Assembly (NCBI GenBank): GCA_002633005.1
Contig: NMRA01000287.1
Coordinates: forward strand, 387,507-451,506
From: Phoronis australis
Lineage: Eukaryota > Animalia > Phoronida
Direction of reading: 5' to 3'
Length of the DNA stretch: 64,000 nt
Made by a program: the position numbers and the translations under genes. This document shows, one piece after another, positions 26,701 to 41,700 of the stretch (position 1 is the stretch's first letter; each line of letters opens with the position of its first letter). A model generated the notes under the pieces. The model saw nothing but the letters and a program-made list of their open reading frames with translations, did no database searches and had not been told where the DNA came from.

Positions 26701-29700
26701 CTAGCCAGCTAGCTGTATGAAAACTATTGGCAAAATACAGCAAGGTGCCACTGCGTATTGAGCTCCGACAGACCTCGAAATTGCACAAAACCCGAATAAG
26801 TACGCTCGTCACCTCGTTGTGAAGCTTGTATCAACATGAGCTAAAGACCGGCTGGCGTGCATGCAAAATCTGGAACACAATTGACCTTCATCTTGCCTGT
26901 TACGGCGTTTAAGCGAAAGACATCCGCCGTCATTTTCTTGCGTAATTCTCTGCCTTTTTTAACAAAAGACGTATGTCGTCGTTTCGAAAAGAGTTCATTC
27001 GTGGCACGCGCCAAGTCCAGAACTTTTTCGACATCCCCATTACATGATGACATCATCTCAGCAAAATTTGTTCTAAAATTCGGTTTATTGATATCAAAAT
27101 TCGAAAAACATATAATGAAAAACCAATTCTGATCATTTGTTGTGCCGTTTACGCAACCTCGAGGGAGAACGTTTGATTGAAGAATCTGGGAAAAAGAAAC
27201 TGGCTAATAGGTGACGCAACATTTCATTGCTTCGAACTAAAAGTCGACGCAAAAGATCACACCACAACTTTACCAACAAAATAAATATAGAAAACCAATT
27301 TTTGCAACGCCTGTCAGTAATTTAAATTATTCTAGGAAGATTTATTTGGCCATTTTTACCCACAACAAGTTTATATTTAATTTTGCAAACAGCTTCGTAC
27401 CAAGCCTTCCTAGCCCTTATGAGTAACAACACAATACTTGGCGTTTTACGTATACTCCAAGGTGTAAAAATTTGAAAATATTATTTTTGGGTTACTTGCT
27501 AAATGTAATCCTAAAGAAAGTAGTCTGTGTTTTCATGTAGAGCGTAAAAATGATTAACCCAGTGATTCAAAAAGAGCACTCTCGCAAACGAAAACGCACA
27601 CGATCATCAGTTCTATTTCACAATATAAAAAACAACTTGTATACGTTTATTGCATGGATTCTAGTGATCACCAGGGCAAAACAAAACTCATAAGGGGGCG
27701 CGATTTCAAACCTTTGGCATGAATCAGTGTTATAAAAATGAATTTTGACCACCAGCAATGTAGACACAACAGTTACAGACACTGACTGCTTTTGTTAACG
27801 TCTTGTGGGAATGATAAAAATAATTGTTTCTACTATGATTGATAACAAGTTTTACTCTGATGAGGTATGATGCAATATGCATGCCTAATATGCAGATCGG
27901 CAGTTGCAAAAATATTTACTGGGTTTAATGAATCAGTTTGTTATGAACCACTGCAAAATTATGATTACTAATTGTACATTCGAAGCACACCTCATTAGAA
28001 TAAAAACATGCAGATGCTTGGTGATCATTGGAGTACCTCTATTACAGGCATGAATGAAGATACATAGCTGTTAAACCATAGAAGATAATAAGGCTTACAT
28101 AATATCACACTGAGCCATCTACTCCAGGAATGTGCAAAGGATACAATATTTCAAAAGAAGCTACAGCTACTCATTCTTCATAGTCATAACTACTCCTTTT
28201 TCATAGTATTACTAAATCACTAACACCAAATGTATGTTCTATCATTTTTTCGACATCGCAATCGTTTTACCAAAGATTCACGCACATACGCCGCGTAGAG
28301 ACCAATACCTCTTCCCCACGTATTTACTTCTTCTCGTTCACAACTGTTTTATTTTCATAATTTGTCAATATGTCGTTGACAGAAAATATTTATTTTTGGA
28401 AGCAATGAACGACCAACTGATAGGGGCCTACGTGTACATGTAACTAGCCCAGATTTTAACGTCACCGATACATGAAAACGGAATGCGCCGAAGCTAGAAC
28501 TGGATGTAGCCTCAACAGTGGTCATTCCGTGTTTCATGTCACCGTCTAAGTTCGTGGAATTCGTAACAATAGTATGATTTCGAAGTTAGAGTCATCGAAG
28601 TCCGTGGGTTGAGGGCATACTGGACCGTCAATTTCGCGTCTGTACTGCAAGGGTTAATTGTATGAAAATAAAATACTTTTCACGGTGTAAAAACTCACTC
28701 ACTATCCCATCACATACATGTAGGTGGGTGATAGGAGATCCGTAAATAACTTAAAAAACGCAAAAGATGCAGTGTGGCGTTACAAAAACAAAAATCGTGG
28801 GCGAAGACTGTCAAAAACAGCTGGGTTTACAAAATGACTACGCGTTGTATTGAGGAGGAAGCAGCCGATCTAATGCAACTTGTTAACGTCACGAGCCAAA
28901 TTAAAGATCAAATGTAAACAAAACTTTCACGTTTTTTTATCAAAAAAACTTGTATCATTGTCCATTATCCAAGGTTTACTATTACCGCTTGCCTTCAACT
29001 TTCGAATTAGTGTTGTTACACAACCGATGTGAACTCATGTAACGGAGACAGTAAAACTAGGTTAATTTATTTGACCCTTTGCTAAAACGAATACGCATCT
29101 ACACGCAAAGTGGTATCAGCCTGACAACCTATTGTGCGACTGGTACTCTAGCCTAAACATAGCAGCCGACAAGGTTGTCGGCTGATGGCCGGGTGCCTGA
29201 AGGGTCGGCTGAAGGGTCGGCTGAAGGGTCGGCTGGGGAGACGCCTTATGAGTCGGCACTGAGGCCGGCTGCCGGTCGGCTAATTTTTAGCTGACCGGTC
29301 GGCTAATTGGTCGACGGCCGGTCGTCGACCAATTTCCGACCGGTCGGACAGAAATTCGTGATGTGTGCTGTACATGTCGACAATAAGTCACATGTTTCAT
29401 TTACACACAGAGATCATGGATGTCATTTGCATGTGTATTATACTATATGGAGGACATTTACATGTACACTATAGGTCCTTAAGGTCATGTTACTTGTAAA
29501 CTATATGTCACATATATCATGTAAACGTAGACTATTTATCATGGATGTTGTTTCCATGTACATATTAGTTCATGTGTATCATTTTAAGTACACTGCACGC
29601 CATGGTGTCCTTGGCATGTGGATTGTTGGTCACATGTTTCATTTAGACGTGGATTGTGGGTGTCATTTGCATGTAGACTATACATGTAGGTCAACGGTAG

Positions 29701-32700
29701 GCCGGAGGTAATGAATATCATTTCCATGTACACTGTTTGACATCAAAGATTATAAACAACCGATTTACAACTCCAACATCTTCTTAAGTACTATCCTAGA
29801 AGAGACGCCACTCTCTTTAATTATCAATTTCAGTTCCCGGTTAATTTATTTTGACGACACAACGGCCGACCATGATTAGCAGATTTCATACTTGCCGAAA
29901 ATATATATTGTCAATCTGGCCAGGTTTAGCCAGGTAATAAAGACTCCAGGGCTTCTGTAAGAGCACATCTTCCGTCCATTGAAAGTACACGAAGTTGGCA
30001 GTCCATATACTGTAGTCTTTGATGCCATGGGTGTCTATTACATGTAACATATAGGTCGCATGTGTCATTTGCTCGTAGGCTATTTGTCATTTGGTAATTT
30101 ACTTGTACACTGCAGGTCATTTGTGTCTCTTAAATATGCACTATAGGTCTTGGATGTCATTTTCATGCAGGCGTTAGGCCACGGATGTCATTTACATCGT
30201 GACAGTGCTCGCCAGTGAGCCCCAGATTGAAAAAAAAAACGTTGTTATCGATCAATACCGATTCAGTTTTGCTCAATTCAGTCTGTTTTCCGCATTTTTA
30301 TTCGGCGTTTATATCGTAAGTTAACAGATGAATTTACAAAAAAACATATTGATTCTTTTAAAATGTTATCCTTTATGTTACATTCAATGTTTTGCAACAG
30401 CTGGAAGTTCTTTGACACTGTTGTCCAAGCAGTTTGGTCTTAATAACGGCAAGTTATACTACCACGCTGATGGGGTGGGACCGGTTGGTAAGTGCTATTT
30501 GTAATGTTATCGTTTGTTTGATGTGGTAAGGCTAAATTACATTGTGGAATTTACACGTCCAGACTAGTGCATGGCAAGCTCTTGGGTAAGATGAAATTCA
30601 TCTCTGTTTATTCGCGTTTGCGTTGTTGCTGGACAATTTGCACAAATAGAACAAAGTCATGAAAAGAATAATGAGAATGTTGCAAATGGACTTAGTACGA
30701 CGAGGCAATGCATATTAAATGTTGTTTCTGGTGTTTCTCATTTGAAGGAAGAAAAGGTATTGACCCATACACTGAGCAGATATCTGAACCCAACATGCAT
30801 GTAACATACATTCTAACATATTGCTGTCACAGTCTTTTCTATTTGCACGACGTTTCAGAGGGCCAGACTCCTGTCGCTGATGGATGTGAGCACCAAGCTG
30901 TTTTTACATTCCAAGCTGCCACTAGCAGGTAATGTTGGGTTTTGCCGATTTTGGAGGCGAAATAAAATCTGCTGTTTTATACCATTTACAGAATGTCCTG
31001 TGACATCTGTTAATTGTTTTACATCGAGATCCATGGTCAACGAAATTTGCCTTGTACATAAAAGTTCCTAAGCAAATTTTCTACCAGTGGCGTTTGTTTA
31101 CATCATATGACTACGTGGTTAGTGACCTGCCTCCGCCGGCACGTGGCGACTGGCTAATTATGCATTTGCACCTGCATGTGCATACGGTAAAACTGAGTAA
31201 TTAGCCATAAAGCGAATTTTTGCGTGAGCGAAAGAGATTGACTCAATCGTTACAAACGTGGTACATGTTAACTTGTTATTCTGCGCGTGCAAGCGCAGAA
31301 TACTGTTGTTCCTGAGTTTTCTTCAATTTTATTCTTAATGCTCTGCGCGTGCAAGCGCAGAGTTTTACTGTTCTACGTATATTATCTTCTTATTCTAATT
31401 ATTCTTATTCTTATTATTCTTATTCTTCTTCTTCCTTCCTTTTCATATTGTTATTACTCTTACATTCATTCATTTAGAACAAAGATATTCACTGTCATTG
31501 ATGAGATAGTAAAGGGATTTGTATTGATTATATTTTTGACCCAAAATGCACTAGGATGACCTGAAACGGGTCAAGGAGTGCATTTTGTCAAAATGCTTCT
31601 TCTACATCTTTTTTAGATAGACTCTTCGAATTTTGTTAACAAGTAGGCAATAGAGATCTGCATCCGAAATTTGTTTGGAATTCCAATCGGATGAAGGGAA
31701 CCGAGTTTCCGGCTCAAAGGTCATTAAGTGCAAAAGTGATTTTTGAGCTAGACCTTTCATAATCACGCATATGATCAACATTGATATTCAGTGACAAACT
31801 TTGGGCTCATTAGGTGCAAATATGGGGTCATTTGGTGTAGTTTTACGTTGATATTCTTACTTTTCAATCTTGCTCTTTCATAGCTGTCTTTCACACAAAG
31901 GATGCAACTTTTATGCAGTGTAGTGGACCTATACTTCACTATGGATGTGCATACACCACGCGCAGAGTTGTAAGTGCGCATACGCAATTGCATTCTAGTT
32001 CTTCTTCTTATTCTTCTTCCGACCAACTTTGAGACTCAATAACTCCAAATTGGGTGCAGCTACGTTCTTTAAATTCATCCTATCATATTTGACAGTACAT
32101 AAATTTTTATTCGTTATATAATCATATTCAATATTGCACCGGAAGAGGTCACTTGGCGCAAAGGTCATATAATTTTCAAAATGTTACTCCTTCTTTATTT
32201 TTTAAAAGCTATTCTTTTCAAATTCGGTACACAGGTATAAGTCAATAAGGCAAGTTAAAAAATACTTTTCTAAGTAATCGGGTCACCCAATCAGGTTAAA
32301 CAGGTCAAAGGTCATTAGATGCAAACTAAGATTTTGAGCTAGACACTTCAAATTCACAGGTCTGATTGGCATAGGTAATTCAATTCGGAATCCAAAGTTT
32401 CAGGTCATTTAGTGCAAACATGGGGTTATTAGTTGCATTTTTCTTCTGAAAATTTGACCTTTTCATTCACCAAGTATTTTGACCTGTCAACTGTTAGAGA
32501 AGTGTGATTCGCAGGATAAAACACAATTTTCATGGGCTTTGCAATTAATCTGCTCAAGACGCTCATAATGCAAAACTTATCTAACGTTCAAACTGTTATA
32601 TCTCACGTTTTTCAAGAAATTCTTTTGAATTTCAGCACACTGGGGTAAGTCAACATGCCAATTGAACACCCTACTTTACTACGGAATAGGCATAACCAAT

Positions 32701-35700
32701 CAGAAAAAAATAGATCAAAGGTCATTGAGTGCAAACTAAAATTTTGAGCTAGACACTTCAAATTCAAAAGTCTGATTGGTACGTTTAATTCAATTTGAAA
32801 TATGAAGTTTCACGTCATTTAGTCCAACCATGGGGTCATTAGGTGCATTTTTCTTCTGAAAATTTGCCATTTTCATTCATATTCTGATGGGTCAACCGTT
32901 AGACAACTGTGTTTCTCAGCATTGAATATACTTTTCACGGATTTTGCAATAGTTCTACTGAAAGGGCTTATAATGCACTGGATAGGGTCAATTAAGGCCA
33001 AGGGCATCTAGTTTTGAAAATTTTATTTCTTCTACATTTTTCAAGGAATTCTCTTCAATTCCAGCGCATGGGTGTAAACCTACATGCCGATGGAATACCC
33101 TACTTTACTAAGCAGTAAGGTCATCCAATCAGAGAAAATAGGTCAAAGATCATTGAGTGCAAACTAAAATTTTGAGCTAGACACTTCAAATTCACAAGTC
33201 TGATTGGTACGTCAATCCAATTTAAAATACGAAGTTTCAGGTCATTTAGTGCAACCATGGGGTCATTAGGTGCATTTTTCTTCTGAAAATTTGTCCTTTT
33301 CATTCACCAAGTATTCTGGTGTGTCAACTGTTAGGCAAATGTGATTCTCAGCATTCAACACACTTTTCACGGGCTTTGTAATGATTCTCCTAAAGACGCT
33401 TATAATGCACCGGATAGGGTCAAGTAGAGCAAATGTCATCTAACGCTCAGAATGTTATATCCCCTACATTTTTCAAGAAATTCCTTTCAAGTTCAGCTCA
33501 CTGGTGTAAGTCATCATGCCAATCGAACGTCCTACTTTACTATGCCATAGGCCTTACCAATCAGAAAAATAGGTCGAAGGTCATAGAGTGCAAACTAAAA
33601 TTTTGAGATAGAGACTTCAAAATTACATATCTGTTTACTAAATATGATTGAATTTGAATTCTAAATTATCAGGTCATTTGGTGCAGCCATGGGGTCATTA
33701 GGTGCATTTTTCTTTCGAAAGTTTGACCAATTCATTCATGTTGTATTCTAAAGTGCTTAAGGTAAAACATCTGTGATTCTCAGCATTGACCACACTTTTA
33801 ATCGAGTATACAATTATTCCCTCATCCGGGCTCAAAATGCACCGAAAGCGGTCAATTAGTGGAAAGGTCATTAAAATATGAACATGTTACTCTTCCTACA
33901 ATTTTAAAGAATTCCTTTTCAAATTGGTTAACGGGTTGCTGGCAGTAACTTCCCATAACAATTCGTTAAAAACACACGCGCAGAGTCCATTATTGTCACG
34001 CCGTGACAATAATCTTTCTAGTTCCTCCTTAACATACACGAGTACATTGTTTCGGCCAACCTCTTGCCAATAGCCTTCATAGTGAACCCTGCAATGCCGA
34101 TTACTGTAAATTTTTTTTATTGAAATATATTAAATATGAACAGGAGAGCAAAATTAGCTTCGTTGCACTTAGTGCAACTTTGTGCATTTTTTGCAATTCA
34201 AGATGGCAAATTCCGCCAATTTGAATTTCGAGCAACTTTCGTTTTTTCAACTTGATGACTAACAGGGTCATGTAATACACAGTTTATACGATTTTCTGTG
34301 ATGGAGCGTCCATTTCTGGTGTTATTTTATTAATACGGGGTCATTTTCATGGTCAAATTAGAGTTCAAAGGTCAAAACTGCCTAGCAGCCTTCTGGCATT
34401 TAGTTTTTTATCTCAATATTTTTCTTTTTATCGTTAACATCTCCAAAAGATATTTTCAAAATGCTCACGTATACATACCTGTACTATAGTGTGCCAAACA
34501 TTTTGTTTACAGGTTTCATAAGGGTTGTATTGGCATAATAGAGAAAACATGGCATAGACATGCTCATACGCTCAGCAGTCCAATGCTGGTGCATCTAGTA
34601 TGGTTACTGCCCATTACTTCAAAAAACACTACTCCGAAAAACCTCTATTCCGAAAAGAAAACGCTACTCTGAAGAAGCCCACGACTCATCCAAACATGAA
34701 CGCATTTGTTTCAATTTATAACGCTGATACATGCGCGCACCCAGTCTAAAATATGGGGGCTAAAATTTTTGGCAATGTGGACCTTTTACAAACAAAAACA
34801 TGGAACTAAAAAAGGAATATAATGTTCAGGGCTATGAATTGTGTATTCGCGCTTTTTTAGTGGATTTCTGTGTCGTTGCTCGGACATTTTGCTGTTTTGA
34901 GACGGACGTTTATGCACACTTCGAGCCCTCCCGAGCCCCCGCCCCTCTCGGGTGCGCGCATGTAATATGATGAATTTTATCTCGATCAAGCAAACTTCAA
35001 AGAAGATAGGATACAAGAGTTGTTAATTACAAAGACAGTAATAATGGCAGGAGTAAGTCATTGGACTTCATTATCTATATTTATTTTTTTAAGTATTTTG
35101 TTAGTAAGTAACAAATTAATGACCATTCGTGAAATTTTTTAAAAAAATAGGAAGATAGAGTAAAAAATCGTAGTGGCAGTGTTTTTTCGGAGTAGTTGAC
35201 CTTCGGAGTAGCTGTTTTTTTCGGAGTGGTGACATGGGCCTTCGGAGTATTAGCCTGTTACACTCCAGTAGTCAACAGAAAGGCTAGAACCGATGCTCTG
35301 TAGGTATACAATCTAATCACAGCGATATATTGTTATTCAATGTCTACTCAAATGGGGCCAAGTCTTATGAAGAGAGGATGGTTCACCAAAAGATGGTCCT
35401 TCAGCAATCCTTACTCAAGGAGATGTTAACGTATTTCTTCGTAGCAGGTCACCACAATTGTGATACCTGCGCTGATGTAGCAGTTTTCAAAATAAACCAA
35501 CCTCGGAAATTCTTTTCGACTACAATACGATAGCGCTTCCATGTATGTTGTCTTAATTTTCAAAATTTGCACGTAACTCCATTCATAAATGAACAATGAA
35601 CGGCTAGGCGCACTAACGTCAACCTAAACTACGACAAAAGTTCTACATATGTGCGATACGTTTCTGACTAAGGTGCCAAACATTTCTGGCAAGAAGTTTA

Positions 35701-38700
35701 TAGCAAGTTTAGCGGCTTGACAGAGTTTTTTCGAAGTTTATGTTGAAGTTTGCTGTGTGTGGAGCACCAGTCCAATAATGTCAAAAAGTGATACTCGAAG
35801 CTGTGCACAGCTATCAACACTTGGATGACAAGACTGTAGTACCAGCTGACCAATTCGAAGAATAGCCATACAGTATATCAAACAAGTAAAAGGTCCTGGG
35901 ATTATAAGGGGTGTGTTAATGAGAGCCAAACAATTAAGTAGTCATGTGGTTAAATAGTTTCAGTGGGTGTACCCACTTTGATACTGCCATGGAGAACATA
36001 AGTCTTGTGGAATAAAGGTGGTGAAGAGCAAACGTCACCCAGTGGAGTGACAGGAAAAAGACTAAGAACAAGAAGGGAGTAGTGGACCTGGACGAGGATG
36101 ACTAGAGAAAGATTGCGGAGGAGATAGAGAAGCACAGACACCTGCAGTCATATCTCCATAACATCTGCAATCACCGAGTACATTCCAGATCGAGATGGTC
36201 ATTGGGCATGAGCAGAGCAGTCAGATTTTTGGTTTCGGTAAGCAGAGAATGTTACAAAGCACTCAGTAAGTCAAAATGCTGGAGTTGCTGAATAAGCCTG
36301 TACTGTCGAGTGAAGGTCATGGCATTGAGACGCTGTTCAGTTGCCTGTTAGTCGTAAGACAGCAATGTAATATTAACATAGCTGAGATTTATGTAAAGCC
36401 TCGACACTCTACTAGCCCCCTATCTTCCCGCTTGTGAAACTATTATTCGCTTTAAAACGTAGGACCACAAAGATCCCTACACAAAGTACCATGAGACGAT
36501 AACATGAAGAAAAGCTGAGGAAGTCATGCTAACCCCAGTTCACAAACATCCCTTTTTTGCCTCTAAACTATTCTAAACAACGCTATGTTAAGCAACCTTC
36601 TACGTGTATGAATCTACTCCCTTTTATTCATCATCGAGCGGGTCAAGAAGAGCCACTGTGTAATTACACATGCTGAAGCAGACATTGTATAGGTAAATGT
36701 TGAAAGTGGTGGAAGAAGGCATCCACACCATTAGAACCACTTGTCACAACACTGATGTCTCCGAGCTCTGGATTTATGGGACATGCCAGTAGAAGCCAAG
36801 ACTCGAATGGAGAAGTGGAATGGTAGTATTTCGGACACAATGCAACATTTCAGTGATTTGACCTGAACAAGTGCCGCCAACGTGAAAGGTCACAAAACGT
36901 GAGGGTACTGGACAGAGTTCTTGGTTTGAACGAGCTGTCAGAGACGCCAATAACCCCTCTCTGAGTAGACGCGGAGGTGTCAAGTTGAACTCGTCGCATT
37001 CAGTGACTCGTGGTCCATTTTCTTTAAGCTGTTCTCTATGAACACCGACGAAGGGGGGGGGTGAAATTTTCTCGAGACCCAGTGAGAGTCACCAATCCCC
37101 AGTAGCAGACGCCAGGCGGTTCCGAAAAATTGGGAAATTTGCATTATTTTATAGTAAGTCGTAGTTTATGAGGTTTCCCTGGATTAATAATAGTGCCCAT
37201 CCTAGCATACATGTATGTAACCTGCACGGATTACGCGTAATCTATACACATACCCCTATTCACTAAGAGAAGGCAGTGTGGTTTAGAGTCCTTCCTCTAC
37301 TCAACATTGTGTTTTAGAGTCACACGGGGCACACTCTTGGTCGCTTGAGTCAGGTCCCTAGCTCCTCAGTTCTGTTTCAACTAATAATGCAAAAAGATGA
37401 GCCTTCATGAGCGGCAAGCGTAAGTTTGGTACAACAACATTTTAAAGTAGTTATTGAGATGTTGGGAGGACATCTTATTCCAGTATATAGCTATCCCTTA
37501 CTCTTGATATAATGGAATCAGAGAAATGATAATTGCGCAATTCCCATTAATTTAACTTTTCGTCGCGCAAAAGAGATGAATTTTCCTTGTTTCATTGTGA
37601 CCTTTGACCTCTCATTTGACCTTGGCTTTGACCTTAAATCCATAAAATAATCCCAGAAATGGACTCGCCGTCCCAAAAAACACTGGAAACCGTAAATTGC
37701 AGGATCCTACACGGTATCATGTTCAGAGTGTTAAAATTAGGCGAAATTCAAGGTGGCGGAAGCCGTCATCTGGAATTATAAAAAATGCTCAATGTTGCAC
37801 AAAGTGCAACCAAGTTAATTTTATTCTCCTAACCACATATATTAAATTTCGAAAAGACAACTTTACAGTAAACAACATTGCAGGGTCAACTTTTTGGCTA
37901 CTAGACTACTCCAATATGCAGTTACGTACAGTAAACCAACCAACTCGCGTGCGTTTCCAAGTTAGTGGCTGACAAGCGAAGTCGGGATCTGGGGATGAGA
38001 ACTAACCCCACGAATTCTTGTCACGGTGTGATGAAGGGTATAAATTTATCAGCAATAGCTAATTTAGCCATTTAATCACCATTTCACGAGACATACACTG
38101 TATGTAATTTGTTTGCCTATCCCCATAAAGCTGAATGTGCAAACACCCGCTTCTTTAATATCCCTAGTTCTCTGCCAATATTCACTCAAAACCTTGTGCT
38201 CGTGTCAAGTAGTAAGACGTAATATAATTGTGAAATGGCTCAGGCCAAACATTTAGTCTAAATTACCACGCAGCACTGATTAGCTCATGGCGTAATCGTA
38301 TACTTCAGACTACAATAAATTAATGACTTTCTAAAACCGCTCTAAGGTGGTGGCGTATTACAACTCTTATTAAGATATCTTGGTCTATTTACACCGACCT
38401 CTAGTCTTTTTTAACTGTCACGACGTTTCGGTCGGTCTATTTTCCGGCCATCATCAAAACTCGCACGGATATGTGGTACACTTATGGCGGGATTTTTTGT
38501 CCGAGAGTATGTTCATTCGATCTATCTGACAGAGTTGATTCATACCAAATAAAATGGTGGTGATGTTTTTTGCGCAAAACCTGGCAGAGCTGGGTCATAT
38601 TGAACACGGCAATATTGATGCTTTATTCGTTCCATCTGTCAGATTTAGACTGAATACGGTTCATATTACAGCAAAGAGTAGCCTACTTGATTGTTTGGAC

Positions 38701-41700
38701 AGCAAAAGGATCGCCGGTGCCACACAGATAATTTACTTAGGTGTTTGTCCTCAGGGCCTTTGCAATTTGAAACATTTCTGTTTTCACGTTTTCAATAGTA
38801 GCCTTTTTTGGATTGAACGTGTCGTTCACCAGCTAATTCTTGAGTGGTTACATTAGCTTTAGGGAATTTATGAGGTGTGATTTGAGGTTCTGCTATCTAT
38901 TTCGGTGACTGACCACAACTGTCCGCATGCCGCGTTTAGCCAGTTTGAAACGGGAGAATCAGTGGTCATGTAATAGTAGATTTCCTCTTATGACCTCTCC
39001 GGCTACAAAATAAAAGCAGTCATTGAACACCATGGAAGAAACACGACGGGTGGTCATTACACATGCTGTGTTAAATCGTCAGCATGGGAATGGATAAATT
39101 TTGACGACTCTACAGTCACAAGTACATCCAAGCCTCCCCTGGATGCCTACATTGCAATATATGAATTATAAACCAACAAAGGAAATCAACATAAAAAATA
39201 TGGCGCAATTTCAACATCAAAGTCGCATATCACATAAGCCAAGTCAAGTTATTTTTGAAATTCATCCTGTTACGGGAATTGGGGATAGTTAGGCCTATAA
39301 AAGATCTTTAACCCAGCCGCAGAGCGTCTAAAGCCGCGCACCGTACCAGTGACTGCTGGCAACTCATCGGAGACTCAACTTTAACACCCTTCGCCGCAGA
39401 GATAACAACTCTTGGGCTGTCTCCGGTGAGTCCATTCTTTGTTGAATGATGTTTAGGTAAAAAATAAGTTGCAACGTCCAGCCTGTCATCGAATGGTCAA
39501 CAATAACGATAAAAAGGCACTTTTTATGATGTGTTTGTCATAATTTAGTACAATCGTGTTTATTTTCATACTTCCAAAGACTTTTTGACTTCATTTTAGT
39601 GATTTCATTTCAAGTGTCGATGTAAAATATCGGTTTAATATCTACGCTATGCTCTCAGCTTTTGCTTTGTTTTTCTTTATTGCTAACATGTTGTTTTGTC
39701 AGTATGATTCTTTCTGTTTTGATGTTAGTTATTTCCTTGGCGTTATTGCTCATTATAGCCCTTATATGTCTTCTTGCTTAAATTATTGTTCACGGACAAG
39801 CCAAGATATGATGACTTCGTTCCGGGGCCAATTCCTTGTACTGTAATTGCGTTAGAATAAAAGTAATGTTGAACCAAATTATTTTTTCAGGTTTACATTT
39901 TATTTGGATGGAGAACTTGAACAAAATAGCCAATCGGATCCAGCACCCGCCATGAGTAGTGACATCGCAACCCATAAGATTTATTTAGGTAAGGCATCGC
40001 GGAAAAAGAGGGCGGCCTGATTGAAAATAATCCTCGCCGGTGAGGGAAGTAAATCACAAATTTAGAGAGAACATTAGTATGTGGTGGTGCTATTTTATTT
40101 TTTAAAATATTTGTTAGAGAACAAGCCAGCTGGCGTTTAAATTCAGTTTACAAGAACTGGACATTGTCCACATTACATTGATACTTGTTATGCTGAAATT
40201 AAAAAATCTCAAGAGTATTGTTCATACTGTGGTTCAATGAGCAATGCTGTACAAAGCATCGTTGACACGGTGAGAATCCAAGTATACGTACGCCCGTATG
40301 AACGCTATACCTACATAGGTCGCCAGTGAGATTTAGTCGTTGCAATTAAGTGTAACTGATTCCGAAAATACGGGTTACTGAGGTCCAGTATGCCTCACAT
40401 GTGCCCTGGATACGCTTCTGCAAATAAATCATTGATAATAACCATGTCTTCATTGGTAAAAATTAGATGAAGTTTTTTTTCCGAACAGAAACAAAGACAA
40501 CTGAACGTGGAATTTACAGGATACCCCTTTACAAAAGCGCTAAGCCCATTGATATGGTTCTCCTTTCTGCCCTATTGAGACTGCAATACGTTAGTTGTTG
40601 TAAATATTTACAGGCAATGCTGCAGATCTGTATATGGTGGGTGAACTCCGCCAGGTCGATTATTTCTTCTATGTTTTGAACGCAACGCAGGCTAAAAAGG
40701 AATGGAACAAAGGTATATACTGACCTTTCTGCGATAGTAGACAAGCTTTATTTTTATTCATAGTTTTACCAATAATATCTCATGAAAGTGGAAAGTTGAG
40801 CCAAACCGTGACACGCGCATAAAGACATTACCGGGCATATTAATTATTCTGCACATTTTGTTGAGTACAAAAATTGACAAGTCTGAGGAAACCACTTGGT
40901 CACAAACAGCATTTCTGTGGTAGTGAAAAAGTCAACCAATCCCGATAACCTCTTTCGTGTGAGAATCCCCCCACAGTCCAGTACCAAACGCTACAATGTA
41001 ACAGGTGGACACGCGTATCTCAGAATCGTCATCCAGTCCCCTGCGGTCCTTGAGCCTTAGATTGACCGTTGTACCTGCTGTACCTGACCTGTACTAAGTT
41101 AATTTTTGGTGTTGTTTTGTTTCTTTGGCTGTTACGCCGACTGTGACAGTATATGTATGGACATGTCATGCTTCGTGACTGCTGAGAGTAAACTGTTTGC
41201 AAAATGAAAGTTTTTGCTTACTTTGGATTAAGGAATACTTTCTTGTCAGCAAGTTATTATGCGACACAACAATTTACATTGTAGAATGGAGTAGTTTTCA
41301 AACGCTATCCCAGATTCCAGGAAAAAGAAACGCTCCAACAACTTTCAGAACAAAGACGGGTTTCCGGTACATGGCTGTCACTGATGACAGTGTAAAAGAG
41401 TCACCGATTATTTTTAATTGGAATCAGACAACCAGGCAACTTGACTACTTAGAAACTCTGTCCAACCACGGGAAAGGACATTCATCATTTTTTGAAGCCG
41501 GCGACCAATTATATTATGTGACGCCTCAATTCAACAGTTCGTCAGTTATATATAAACTTGGTAGTAATGGTCGTTTCTATGAGCATGCGCAACTGAATGG
41601 AACCGAATGCATAATGTGGCTGTCGTTCCACCGTGACGGGTATTTGTTTCTAGCTCAATTGAATAGTCGCAGTACTGGTTATGGCGACGGTGATGTACGT

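Noticed and set aside
31287-31559. Hydrophobic membrane-protein-like ORF
   Set aside because: It is the translation of the (TATTCT)n microsatellite of the Helentron-like element.
40467-40679. ORF-track peptide or acceptors at 40488/40520 as the next gene 1 exon
   Set aside because: The acceptor at 40613 gives a much better LamG C-terminal motif and a phase-compatible donor.
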